This document shows positions 50,300 through 58,240 of a stretch of DNA of 64,000 bases, piece by piece. The first letter of the stretch is position 1; every line of letters starts with the position of its first letter. The notes beneath the pieces are model-generated. The model was not told the origin of the DNA, searched no databases, and saw nothing but the letters and a program-made list of their open reading frames with translations. Location of the stretch: positions 52,543 through 116,542 of the forward strand of contig MNVN01000015.1 in assembly GCA_001871765.1 (NCBI GenBank), written 5' to 3'. The translations under genes were made by a program, and so were the position numbers. Source of the DNA: Candidatus Nomurabacteria bacterium CG1_02_43_90 (GTDB lineage: Bacteria > Patescibacteriota > Minisyncoccia > Phycocordibacterales > UBA1550).

Positions 50300-50926
50300 A
50301 TGTTTGAACTTTCCAAAGAAGAAACTTCGATTTTGAAAAGCCTCTCAACACCCAATAAAATCCAAGATTTTTTGGATACCCTTGCTTTTAATTACGAGAA
50401 AAGTGGTGAAACTTGCATGTCGCCACGGAGGGTATTGCGTGAAGGCAAAGCGCACTGTCTTGAAGGGGCACTTTTTGCAGCCACCGCACTCTGGCTTCAC
50501 GGAGAGCGACCCCTTCTTCTAAACCTCGAAACCCTCGATGATGATGACGACCATGCACTCGCGCTCTATAAAAAAAATGGGCTCTGGGGTGCACTCAGTA
50601 AGACGAACCACAATGTGTTGCGTTTCCGTGACCCCGTATACCATACGGTACACGAGCTCGTACTCTCCTATTTCCATGAATACTTTATGCCCGGCACGGG
50701 ACAAAAAACATTGCGCGCATATTCACGTCCATTTTCACTCAAACAGTTTGGTACAGCATGGATTATTTCTGAGGAGAATTTATGGACTATCGCGCATGCA
50801 CTCGATGAAGCACCACACTCCCCTATTGTTCCCAAGGATTATACGCGCCACCTCCGGCCTGCATCATTGGTTGAGCAAACATCAGCAAGTATCGCCGAGT
50901 GGGATAAAAAAAATCCCCGAACGTAG
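50300..50926 (+). CDS. hypothetical protein with transglutaminase-like Cys-His-Asp core (tentative)
   Basis: GKAHCLEGALFAATALWLHG (Cys motif), DDDDDHALALY (His), LRFRDPVY (Asp) in TGase-like order. Confidence 0.45.
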   Translation: MFELSKEETSILKSLSTPNKIQDFLDTLAFNYEKSGETCMSPRRVLREGKAHCLEGALFAATALWLHGERPLLLNLETLDDDDDHALALYKKNGLWGALSKTNHNVLRFRDPVYHTVHELVLSYFHEYFMPGTGQKTLRAYSRPFSLKQFGTAWIISEENLWTIAHALDEAPHSPIVPKDYTRHLRPASLVEQTSASIAEWDKKNPRT

Positions 50927-50928
50927 TA

Positions 50929-50972
50929 CAGGAGAAAAATGCGGTTCCGCAAGGAACCGCATTTTTCTCCTA
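50929..50972. terminator. bidirectional intrinsic terminator (18-bp stem, GCAA loop)
   Basis: ggagaaaaatgcggttcc-gcaa-ggaaccgcatttttctcc. Confidence 0.8.
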
Positions 50973-51194
50973 AGTTAAGAAGGATAGCCAATCGACTAAC
51001 GTAGCAATAACGAAGATAAGCTTTTTAAGCTCTACTTCAATAAATACCCGACCAACTTTAGTACCCAAGCATCCTGAGTAAATATCAGCCCGATACCAAC
51101 AATGATTAGCACGAGGAGAATAATACGTAGCGCTCGAACAATGGGGCTTGTATTATCTTCTATTTTTTTCCATTGAAAAATCACAAGGGAAGTA

Positions 51195-51830
51195 CTATTT
51201 TACCTCAATAACCATGTGCTCTTTAGGGTACCGCACTTTCTTATACTGGGCAGTTGGGTCATCAGAAGCGCGGAATCCTGCCGCAGCAATAACTTTTGTT
51301 TCAAGACCTTGTTCTTCTAACCCAAGGATTTCATCAAATTTCTTTGGGTCAAATCCTTCCATTGCAGCAACATCAATGCCTTCGATTGCACCTGCCGTGA
51401 TGAGTACGCCGAGCGCAAGGTATGCTTGCTTTGTTGCCCAATCCTTTCGTTCTTCTTCACTCTTTGGCGCAATAGCCCCTTTGATCATGCCTGCATAGCC
51501 AGCAAGATTTTCAAGAGGTATTCCCCGTACATCAGATACTGATTTGATAAACGCATCAACGAGTGCATCGTCAATATGTTTCTCTACGGCAAAAACCACA
51601 AGATGTGACGCCTCAGAAATTTTTGGTTGACCATACCCTGCTTCTTGAAGTTTTGTGCGTATTTCAGGATTAGTAACAACAATCATTTTCCATGGCTGTA
51701 GTCCATACGATGAAGGCGCAAGAATGGTCGCCTCCAAAAGACTTTCAAGTTGTTCATCGCTCAATTTTTTACTTACCTCAAACTTGTTGGTGGCATAACG
51801 CCATTGCATTGCTTCAATAATATTTTTCAT
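51195..51830 (-). CDS. nitroreductase family protein
   Basis: RYATNKFEVSKKLSDEQLESLLEATILAPSSYGLQPW FMN-binding N-terminal motif, family-typical length. Confidence 0.8.
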   Translation of the reverse strand: MKNIIEAMQWRYATNKFEVSKKLSDEQLESLLEATILAPSSYGLQPWKMIVVTNPEIRTKLQEAGYGQPKISEASHLVVFAVEKHIDDALVDAFIKSVSDVRGIPLENLAGYAGMIKGAIAPKSEEERKDWATKQAYLALGVLITAGAIEGIDVAAMEGFDPKKFDEILGLEEQGLETKVIAAAGFRASDDPTAQYKKVRYPKEHMVIEVK

Positions 51831-51968
51831 ATAAATAATCGTGATTATTACTCTTTTTAAATTAACAGGAGTACAGTATACCAGTTTTCTATTCTTTGAG
51901 AAATTCCCCGTATAGCCTTATCCACTCCGATACAAAACAAAATAGAATCTAAAAGTATGTCCCTAAAA

Positions 51969-52000
51969 TACAAAAACTCCAACATGTTGGAGTTTTTGTA
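51969..52000. repeat. perfect 32-nt palindrome (A-run/T-run flanked) in AT-rich divergent region
   Basis: tacaaaaactccaacatgttggagtttttgta. Confidence 0.7.
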
Positions 52001-52206
52001 TAACCAATTTAGGTGTACGTAATGTATTACGCAGTTAATGATAATAATAGAATTATAGCATTTTTCCTTTATAAGAATGTACGGCGCGAACATATATTTA
52101 TGAAACTAAACTTTGCTTAGTAGACATACGTCTATGCATGAGAATCCTCTCTATAATTTCCTAGCAGTACCCACATAAACATTTTTTTGGTATAGTTGTC
52201 TCAATT

Positions 52207-52578
52207 ATGAAAGAAAAATTATCGCGATTGTCCATGGCAAATGAATGGTTTATGGGCTTCCTTGTGTTATTCAGTATCTTCATGCTGATTTTTGAAGAAA
52301 CGCACACGGTCACCCCTTATGAAATTCAAATAATCGATGGTATCGACCTCACGATTGCATTCATATTTATGGCAGAGTTTTTTACCGCTCTTTATTTTGC
52401 GCATAATCGCTATTCTTTTTTCAAATCACATTGGTGGGAGCTTCTTGCGACCATTCCTTTTACAAACGCTGCAACACAAGCTCTACGCGTTCTGCGTATT
52501 CTGCGTGTCATAAAAGTCTTTCGTGCGGGAGCACATTTTTCTCTTACCGAACAGAATTATAAAAGCGTAAAAAAATAA
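52207..52578 (+). CDS. stand-alone voltage-sensor domain (S1-S4) protein, no pore module
   Basis: Four TM segments; S2 acidic residue (FMAEFF), S4 with Arg/Lys every third position RVLRILRVIKVFR; ORF stops about 20 aa after S4 and no S5-P-S6 coding potential is present downstream in any frame. Confidence 0.6.
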   Translation: MKEKLSRLSMANEWFMGFLVLFSIFMLIFEETHTVTPYEIQIIDGIDLTIAFIFMAEFFTALYFAHNRYSFFKSHWWELLATIPFTNAATQALRVLRILRVIKVFRAGAHFSLTEQNYKSVKK

Positions 52579-53123
52579 TTCTTACCCAACAAAACCTTCG
52601 AGTACGCGGAGAGAGTTTTCGAATTCTTGTAATTTTCTCTTCATCACTGGAGGAAGGTTGAGTTTCTCGAGCATTCCTTTTTGCTCTTTGTCGGATGTCG
52701 CAAATGGAAAAGGAGGGTGAGAAGCGAATGCTTGTAGCTTCGCAAGGCCGGAGCGCGACGGCGCGAGGCGGGGTCGCGGAATTTCCCAGCAGGAAAATAT
52801 CCGTGATCTTGGGGAGGAATTTTCCATTTGCTCATCTTTTTATTTTGGCGGAATTCGGGGCGGACAAAAATGCAAATTCAAAACCTTTTTATATTGTGCC
52901 TCTACCATTCTACTATTTTTCGTCCACGATCTAAAGGAGACCATCCTCGGCATTCGCCTCGGACATTTCCGCTAGGGCTACTCGCGCCTAGATGTCTAGG
53001 TTTTCTGCTTATCCTCCGCATTCCCGCTCCGCGCGTGCGATTAGTCAGCAGTCGGATTGTTTTGGAAAAAAGTTCGGATTTTGTTCAAGAGACACAGCTC
53101 TGCGAAGAAGTTATCGTTTTTAG

Positions 53124-53162
53124 AAAAATGCGGAGCGTCGCAAAGCGACGCTCCGCATTTTG
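53124..53162. terminator. bidirectional intrinsic terminator immediately 3' of tRNA-Gln
   Basis: aaaaatgcggagcgtcgc-aaa-gcgacgctccgcatttt 14-bp GC-rich stem. Confidence 0.8.
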
Positions 53163-53185
53163 GCGAAAACGGCGATTCTATTTTT

Positions 53186-53259
53186 TGGCTGGGAGGCTTG
53201 GAATCGAACCAAGATTAACGGCTTCAAAGGCCGCTGTCCTACCATTAGACGATCTCCCA
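53186..53259 (-). tRNA. tRNA-Gln (anticodon TTG)
   Basis: Minus-strand sequence TGGGAGATCGTCTAATGGTAGGACAGCGGCCTTTGAAGCCGTTAATCTTGGTTCGATTCCAAGCCTCCCAGCCA: cloverleaf with D-arm, anticodon loop CTTTGAA, T-arm GGTTCGATTCC, encoded CCA; close to E. coli tRNA-Gln architecture (one A-C mismatch at base of acceptor stem). Confidence 0.85.
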
Positions 53260-53313
53260 AAGTTATTTAATTCTCTTTACAAGCACTGATGCAGAATACA
53301 CCAAAAAGGCCTC

Positions 53314-54366
53314 TTAGGCAACGGGTTGCTTCTGTGCACCTTCGACGAGGCTTAGGAGTGCGAGTTCAAGCGGTAACGTTTGAATTGTTGCGTTACGTAA
53401 GTTAGTATACACCCCCAGGAAAACTAGAAGTTCTTTTGAGGACAGAGTCTTAATTGCTTCCTTTGCAAGCTTCTCAAGAAATGCAAAATCTTCATCGGAA
53501 GAATTTGCACGGACCTCATTTTTCATTGCAGGAGCGAAACGAAGAAGAAGAACAAAGCGCATTTTACGCACCACAAGGTCAAGGAAAACTTTTATATCAC
53601 TCGAGGCCATTACTGAGTTCAATACCTGTACTCCTTTTTCAAAATTACGCTCGACAATGGCAGAGATGAAATCATTTACGGCGCGCGCACTCGGCGCGCC
53701 GAGCACGGCCTCTACTTCTTCGGGGGTTATCTTTTTATCGGCGGATGAATACAATACTTTTTGTAATGTACCCAACGTATCACGAAACGACCCGTCGCCC
53801 AAAAGCGCAATCAAGTCTGAGGAAGCAGGTGCGAGGTCGTACCCCTCCTTTTTTGCTACTGTTTCCACAAACTTCTGCAAGATTACCTGTATAGGTTTTT
53901 TGAAATGGAAACTCTGACAGCGAGAAACAACCGTTTCGGGAAGTCTCCCCTCTTCGGTCGTTGCAAGAATAAACACGACATGCCGTGGTGGCTCTTCAAG
54001 AGTCTTCAGGAGCGCATTGAAAGCTCCTTTGCTCAACATGTGGACCTCATCAATAATATACACTTTGAACTTTGAGTGCAGGGGCATCGTATGTACCGCA
54101 TCACGAAGTGCGCGTATATCATCAACGCCACCGTTTGATGCTGCGTCTATCTCGTAGATGTCATCGTCATGCACACCAATTGCACGTCCAAAAATACGTG
54201 CGATGGAAGTTTTTCCGGTACCACGGGATCCTGAGAAAAGATACGCGTGTCCGACAGAATCTTCCTTGATAGCACCCTCAAGGTTTTTCACAATTTGCTC
54301 CTGCCCCACAACTTCGGCAAAAGTTTGCGGGCGATATTTACGGTAGAGGGCGAGATTTGCAGACAT
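53314..54366 (-). CDS. dnaX: DNA polymerase III gamma/tau subunit, short (350 aa) form
   Basis: KYRPQTFAEVVGQEQIV, Walker A GSRGTGKTSIARI, DEVHML, sensor/arginine-finger SRCQ. Confidence 0.85.
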   Translation of the reverse strand: MSANLALYRKYRPQTFAEVVGQEQIVKNLEGAIKEDSVGHAYLFSGSRGTGKTSIARIFGRAIGVHDDDIYEIDAASNGGVDDIRALRDAVHTMPLHSKFKVYIIDEVHMLSKGAFNALLKTLEEPPRHVVFILATTEEGRLPETVVSRCQSFHFKKPIQVILQKFVETVAKKEGYDLAPASSDLIALLGDGSFRDTLGTLQKVLYSSADKKITPEEVEAVLGAPSARAVNDFISAIVERNFEKGVQVLNSVMASSDIKVFLDLVVRKMRFVLLLRFAPAMKNEVRANSSDEDFAFLEKLAKEAIKTLSSKELLVFLGVYTNLRNATIQTLPLELALLSLVEGAQKQPVA

Positions 54367-54410
54367 AAAAAGAGTATATCAGAAATGCGCAGTTTGCTCA
54401 AAATTTATTT

Positions 54411-54438
54411 AAAAAAGGCCCCGCGAGCGGGGGCTTTT
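54411..54438 (-). terminator. intrinsic terminator downstream of 54445..54858 gene
   Basis: gcccc-gcgagcg-ggggc stem preceded by A-run (T-run on minus strand). Confidence 0.55.
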
Positions 54439-54444
54439 GAATAT

Positions 54445-54858
54445 CTAAATAACATACCTCAACATTCTTTCATAAAAATCAGGATGAGGGGACTTCCCTT
54501 TTCTTTTTAATTCAACAAACTCTGCTTCGTCAGTCAGGTTCAGAACCTTGATTTTTAGTGGCCTTAGTTTTGAGACTTCTTTTTCGCGTTGTTTTTGTAA
54601 GCGGACAAGGGCATCAAGAAGTGAGTATTCAACTCTTCTTGCGTCATCATCCAACAACCTCGAGTCAAGAATTTCAATTTGCCACTCAATTTCTTCAAGA
54701 CGCTTTGATGCTACTTCTTGTTCTACAAAAGCCAGACAATAAAGACACTCCTTGTTATTTGTTTCAGGTTTTAAAACAATCGGTATTATCCTCCAGTCAC
54801 GATTACTCGCACACATCTCCTCCTCGTAACACCTAGTACAAGTAGGTGGTCTTTGCAT
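54445..54858 (-). CDS. hypothetical protein with N-terminal CxxC...CxxC zinc ribbon and C-terminal coiled coil
   Basis: CTRCYEEEMC ... CLYC pairs; own terminator. Confidence 0.45.
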   Translation of the reverse strand: MQRPPTCTRCYEEEMCASNRDWRIIPIVLKPETNNKECLYCLAFVEQEVASKRLEEIEWQIEILDSRLLDDDARRVEYSLLDALVRLQKQREKEVSKLRPLKIKVLNLTDEAEFVELKRKGKSPHPDFYERMLRYVI

Positions 54859-54925
54859 AGCACACCTACCTTTCTATAAAATTTATCCTTGTACAGATTA
54901 ACATACAAGCAAGTAAGAACCAAGA

Positions 54926-55951
54926 CTATCTTGTTTCCAAGAACTCCCGTGCTATTTTCTCGACCTCGTCAGCATTTTTTGCATCCATCATTCTTACCCG
55001 CAACTCTTTTGCGCCATCAAAGCCATTCACATAGGCTTTGTAGTGCTTTTTCATAATCGCAAAACTTTTTATATCCCCCAGTTCTTTTTCAAAAAGGTGC
55101 GTGTGTTCAATCATTATTTCAAATTTTTCAGCAAGTGTTGGGAGTGTTGTGCGTGTGCGGTCAAAGAACCACGGAGTACCAAAAACTGCGCGACCAACCA
55201 TAATGCCGTACGCCCCTGTTGTGCGTGCTTTCTCAAGTCCATCAGAAAGACTCTCCACATCACCATTCCCCACAATGAGCGTTCCCGTGCCCTCGGCAAG
55301 CTCTATCGCACGCTTCACAAGCTCCCACCGCGCAGGAACAAGTGAGAGGTCTTTGCGTGTGCGTGCGTGTACGGTAATCACTGCTGGTTTTGTTTCAAGT
55401 ATCGCGCCGATCCATTCATCGAGGTTTTCCTTGTTGTACCCCACGCGCGTTTTCACGGACACAGGCAAGCCCCCCGCCCCCGCCATAACGGCGCGAATCA
55501 CTGCTTGTGCATGTTGTATATTTTTCATATGCGATGCACCTGCGCCCTGCTTTTCAATACTCTTGTCAGGGCACCCCATATTGATATCAATACCGTCAAA
55601 ACCGAGCTCACGAATGAGCTCCGCAGTCTTTTGCATATTCTCTAAATTTGAACCAAAAATTTGCGCGACAATAGGATGCTCACCCTTCGTGAAGGAAAGG
55701 TCACGTTTCAGTATCTCCCGCCCTTGACTACAGAGACCGTCTGAAGAAACGAACTCCGTCCAAAAGACATCAGGTCCACCACCCTTTTCCCCGTGCCGAC
55801 TATATTTCGCAATCATCTGCCGAAATGCAGCGTCCGTCACATCCGCCATTGGGGCAAGCGCAAAAAATGGCTGAGGAAGTTTTCCCCAGAAACCCATAAC
55901 TGGTTTTTGTACTGATGATTTAGTTTCGCTTTTCATATTTACACCAAGCAC
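54926..55951 (-). CDS. dus: tRNA-dihydrouridine synthase
   Basis: LAPMADVTDAAFRQM N-terminal motif, TIM-barrel FMN site, catalytic Cys region DINMGCP. Confidence 0.85.
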   Translation of the reverse strand: MLGVNMKSETKSSVQKPVMGFWGKLPQPFFALAPMADVTDAAFRQMIAKYSRHGEKGGGPDVFWTEFVSSDGLCSQGREILKRDLSFTKGEHPIVAQIFGSNLENMQKTAELIRELGFDGIDINMGCPDKSIEKQGAGASHMKNIQHAQAVIRAVMAGAGGLPVSVKTRVGYNKENLDEWIGAILETKPAVITVHARTRKDLSLVPARWELVKRAIELAEGTGTLIVGNGDVESLSDGLEKARTTGAYGIMVGRAVFGTPWFFDRTRTTLPTLAEKFEIMIEHTHLFEKELGDIKSFAIMKKHYKAYVNGFDGAKELRVRMMDAKNADEVEKIAREFLETR

Positions 55952-55962
55952 TCTATCACAAC

Positions 55963-56826
55963 TTACGAGTTTTCAAACCCAAAGAAAATTTTATTCCCAA
56001 AACGCATATCAATATAGAGAAGCTTTTTTCTGAGCGCGACATTTTCAGGAAACTGCGCCGCAATCGCCGCACGAAGATTTTTAACGAGCGTTACTAAATC
56101 ATTTTCATCTTTGCACCGTATTATTACTCCCGAGAGAAAAGGGTACGCAGTGCTTAATCGCATGGTAATTTCAAATTGTTTATCTTCTTTTATCTCCACC
56201 CGGAGAGGTTCTCCCACTTCAGAACGTAACATTTGAGAAAGGGTATCGGTATAAGAAAAAAGGTCAGCAGGAAGCATGCCACGCAAGGGGGTCTGTTCAT
56301 CTTTTTGCGCGAGCTTCCCGTACACTTCTTGATACACACCACTTGAAAAAGTCGGGGCGCGGTCAAAGACAAATCCTGTTGTATCAAGGAACCAACAATT
56401 ATCAAGGATAGCCTTATCGTTTTTAAATTCATTTCCACACCAGATATCGTGAGGTTTTCGCTCCGACACATTAACGGTAACCGTGTGGGCATCAATACGA
56501 AATGTTTCTACGCTCACAAGACGAGGAAAAGTATCGAGAAGCACTTCTTGTATTTCCTTACGGGGATAGAGGTTGCTATTCTTGCGTGCATATACAAAAA
56601 AATAGTTACCCTGGAGTTTCTCTACTACTTTTTCACGAATTGCATCTTCTGAGACCGCATTCGCTCCCTTGACACGGACAGTCTCGATTTCCCAACGATG
56701 ATTTTGCGAGATACCACCACCTGCAATAAAGAAGATAAAAAGAAGAATGATAATTGCAATCACATACAGAGACCACTCACCAAACTGTGCTCGCGTACGC
56801 TCAACAATCGTGGTAAATCGTTCCAT
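55963..56826 (-). CDS. ftsQ: FtsQ/DivIB-like cell-division protein (TM + POTRA-like domain)
   Basis: Single N-terminal TM (LYVIAIIILLFIFFIAGG) followed by beta-rich periplasmic region; call rests on architecture only. Confidence 0.45.
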   Translation of the reverse strand: MERFTTIVERTRAQFGEWSLYVIAIIILLFIFFIAGGGISQNHRWEIETVRVKGANAVSEDAIREKVVEKLQGNYFFVYARKNSNLYPRKEIQEVLLDTFPRLVSVETFRIDAHTVTVNVSERKPHDIWCGNEFKNDKAILDNCWFLDTTGFVFDRAPTFSSGVYQEVYGKLAQKDEQTPLRGMLPADLFSYTDTLSQMLRSEVGEPLRVEIKEDKQFEITMRLSTAYPFLSGVIIRCKDENDLVTLVKNLRAAIAAQFPENVALRKKLLYIDMRFGNKIFFGFENS

Positions 56827-56838
56827 GAGAAAATAACG

Positions 56839-58098
56839 CTATCCTATTTTATCTTTGCCCATGTAGGGACGGAGTACTTCGGGAATAACAATACTGCCAT
56901 CTTCCTGTTGGAAATTTTCAACAAGCATAATAAGCGGGCGACCAGAGAGTGCCGTGTTGTTGACTGAATGCACAAACTTCAATTTGCCATCATCACGATA
57001 ACGAATATTTAATCTGCGTGTTTGAAAATCATGGAAGTAACTTGCTGATCCTGTTTCGCGATACGTGTTCTCGGAAGGAAGCCATGCTTCAATGTCATAC
57101 TTCTTTACTTGTCCGAGTCCGAGGTCTCCCCCACAGTTCACTACGACATGGTACGGAATACCGAGTGCCTGCATAATTCCTTCGGTGTTTGCTTGCACCT
57201 CCTCATGGTACTTTACGGATTCAGTATGCGAAGCTTCACACAAAACGACTTGCTCTATTTTATAAAATTCATGTACGCGCAAAATACCCTTGGTGTCTTT
57301 GCCGTGGCTCCCCGCTTCGCGACGGAATGAATCTGCAAAGGAAAGGAGCTTGATGGGTAAATCTTTTTTCTCTAAAACTTCATCCATGTAGTACCCCATC
57401 GTGGCAACCTCAGCCGTCCCTGCAAGGTAGTCTCCATCTTGTGTTTTATAGAGATCTTCTTCTCCTTGAGGCAAGTACCCTGTACCAAAAAGCAGTTCGC
57501 GTTTTATAAGGGACGGCACAATCATTGGGGTGTAGCCCTCTTTTTTTAAAAAGTAATCTTGTACAAAATGCCAGAGGGCAAACTGTAGACGTGCACCGTC
57601 CCCTTTTAATACGTAGCCACGGAACCCTGCAACTTTCGTGCCACGCTCAAGGTCGAGCATTCCCAAATTTTGCATAAGCTCAATATGATCCTTGGGGGTA
57701 AAATTGAACTGAGGAATAGCACCCCACGTGCGTAACTCTACATTATCAGAATCTTCTTTACCCTCAGGCACCGACATATCGGGAACATTTGGCACTTGTA
57801 CCATGAGCCCTTGCCACTGCTTCATTACTTCATTGAGTTCAGATTCTTTTTGCTGGAGTAATTCTTTTGCCGATTTTGATTCCGCAATAAGTCGCTCACG
57901 TTCTTCGGGGTTCTGCGCGCGCGGTACCGCGTTCGCAATTTCATTTTGTTTACTGCGCATTGTCTCTACTTCAGTGAGGATGGCACGACGGCTATCATCG
58001 ACCGTTATCAGTTCTGCCACATCAAAGGTGATGTTCTTTTTGCGCGCCGCCTCTTTCACTAAATCTGCATTTTCCCGAATGAATTTAATATCTAACAT
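56839..58098 (-). CDS. serS: seryl-tRNA synthetase
   Basis: N-terminal coiled-coil arm, class II motifs FRREAGSHGKDTKGILRVHEF, GSASYFHDFQTRRLNIRY. Confidence 0.9.
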   Translation of the reverse strand: MLDIKFIRENADLVKEAARKKNITFDVAELITVDDSRRAILTEVETMRSKQNEIANAVPRAQNPEERERLIAESKSAKELLQQKESELNEVMKQWQGLMVQVPNVPDMSVPEGKEDSDNVELRTWGAIPQFNFTPKDHIELMQNLGMLDLERGTKVAGFRGYVLKGDGARLQFALWHFVQDYFLKKEGYTPMIVPSLIKRELLFGTGYLPQGEEDLYKTQDGDYLAGTAEVATMGYYMDEVLEKKDLPIKLLSFADSFRREAGSHGKDTKGILRVHEFYKIEQVVLCEASHTESVKYHEEVQANTEGIMQALGIPYHVVVNCGGDLGLGQVKKYDIEAWLPSENTYRETGSASYFHDFQTRRLNIRYRDDGKLKFVHSVNNTALSGRPLIMLVENFQQEDGSIVIPEVLRPYMGKDKIG

Positions 58099-58158
58099 AA
58101 TAAATAGTATAGCAGAAAAAGATAACAGTGTACAAAAATTTGTTTACGCAACCAACTT

Positions 58159-58210
58159 TCTGACTATCTACTTATAGAGTATAATAGTACTCTATAAGTA
58201 GATAGTCAGA
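58159..58210. promoter_or_regulatory. perfect 23-bp-arm inverted repeat (6-bp spacer) centred on a TATAAT box in the serS/dprA divergent region; second 9-bp hairpin at 58210-58233
   Basis: tctgactatctacttatagagta-taatag-tactctataagtagatagtcaga, then agtttagaa-atacta-ttctaaact followed by CAGGTTTTT. Confidence 0.6.
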
Positions 58211-58240
58211 GTTTAGAAATACTATTCTAAACTCAGGTTT

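Noticed and set aside
52706-52834. Retron msr/msd (12-bp a1/a2-like inverted repeats enclosing about 105 nt)
   Set aside because: No reverse-transcriptase ORF anywhere in the window.
52579-53127. Interpretation of the GC-rich region as tmRNA, RNase P RNA, SRP RNA or a group II intron fragment
   Set aside because: No GGGG...CCACCA tRNA-like ends with a tag reading frame. No GGAAAGUCC / ACAGAA...GGCUUA P4 pair in the correct order on either strand. No GGAAGGAAGCAGCC SRP motif. No domain V-like hairpin. It is retained as an unassigned structured region only.
52828-53289. 153-aa plus-strand ORF
   Set aside because: It reads through the terminator and runs antisense to tRNA-Gln (the GIEPR/LTASKAAVLPLDDLP stretch is the usual tRNA-antisense artefact). 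Its composition is Arg/Pro-rich junk.
55101-55727. 208-aa plus-strand ORF antisense to dus
   Set aside because: Ser/Pro/Ala-rich antisense artefact inside a confidently identified tRNA-dihydrouridine synthase gene.
58099-58240. T-box riboswitch upstream of serS
   Set aside because: The leader is too short and lacks the conserved T-box sequence and specifier-loop architecture.
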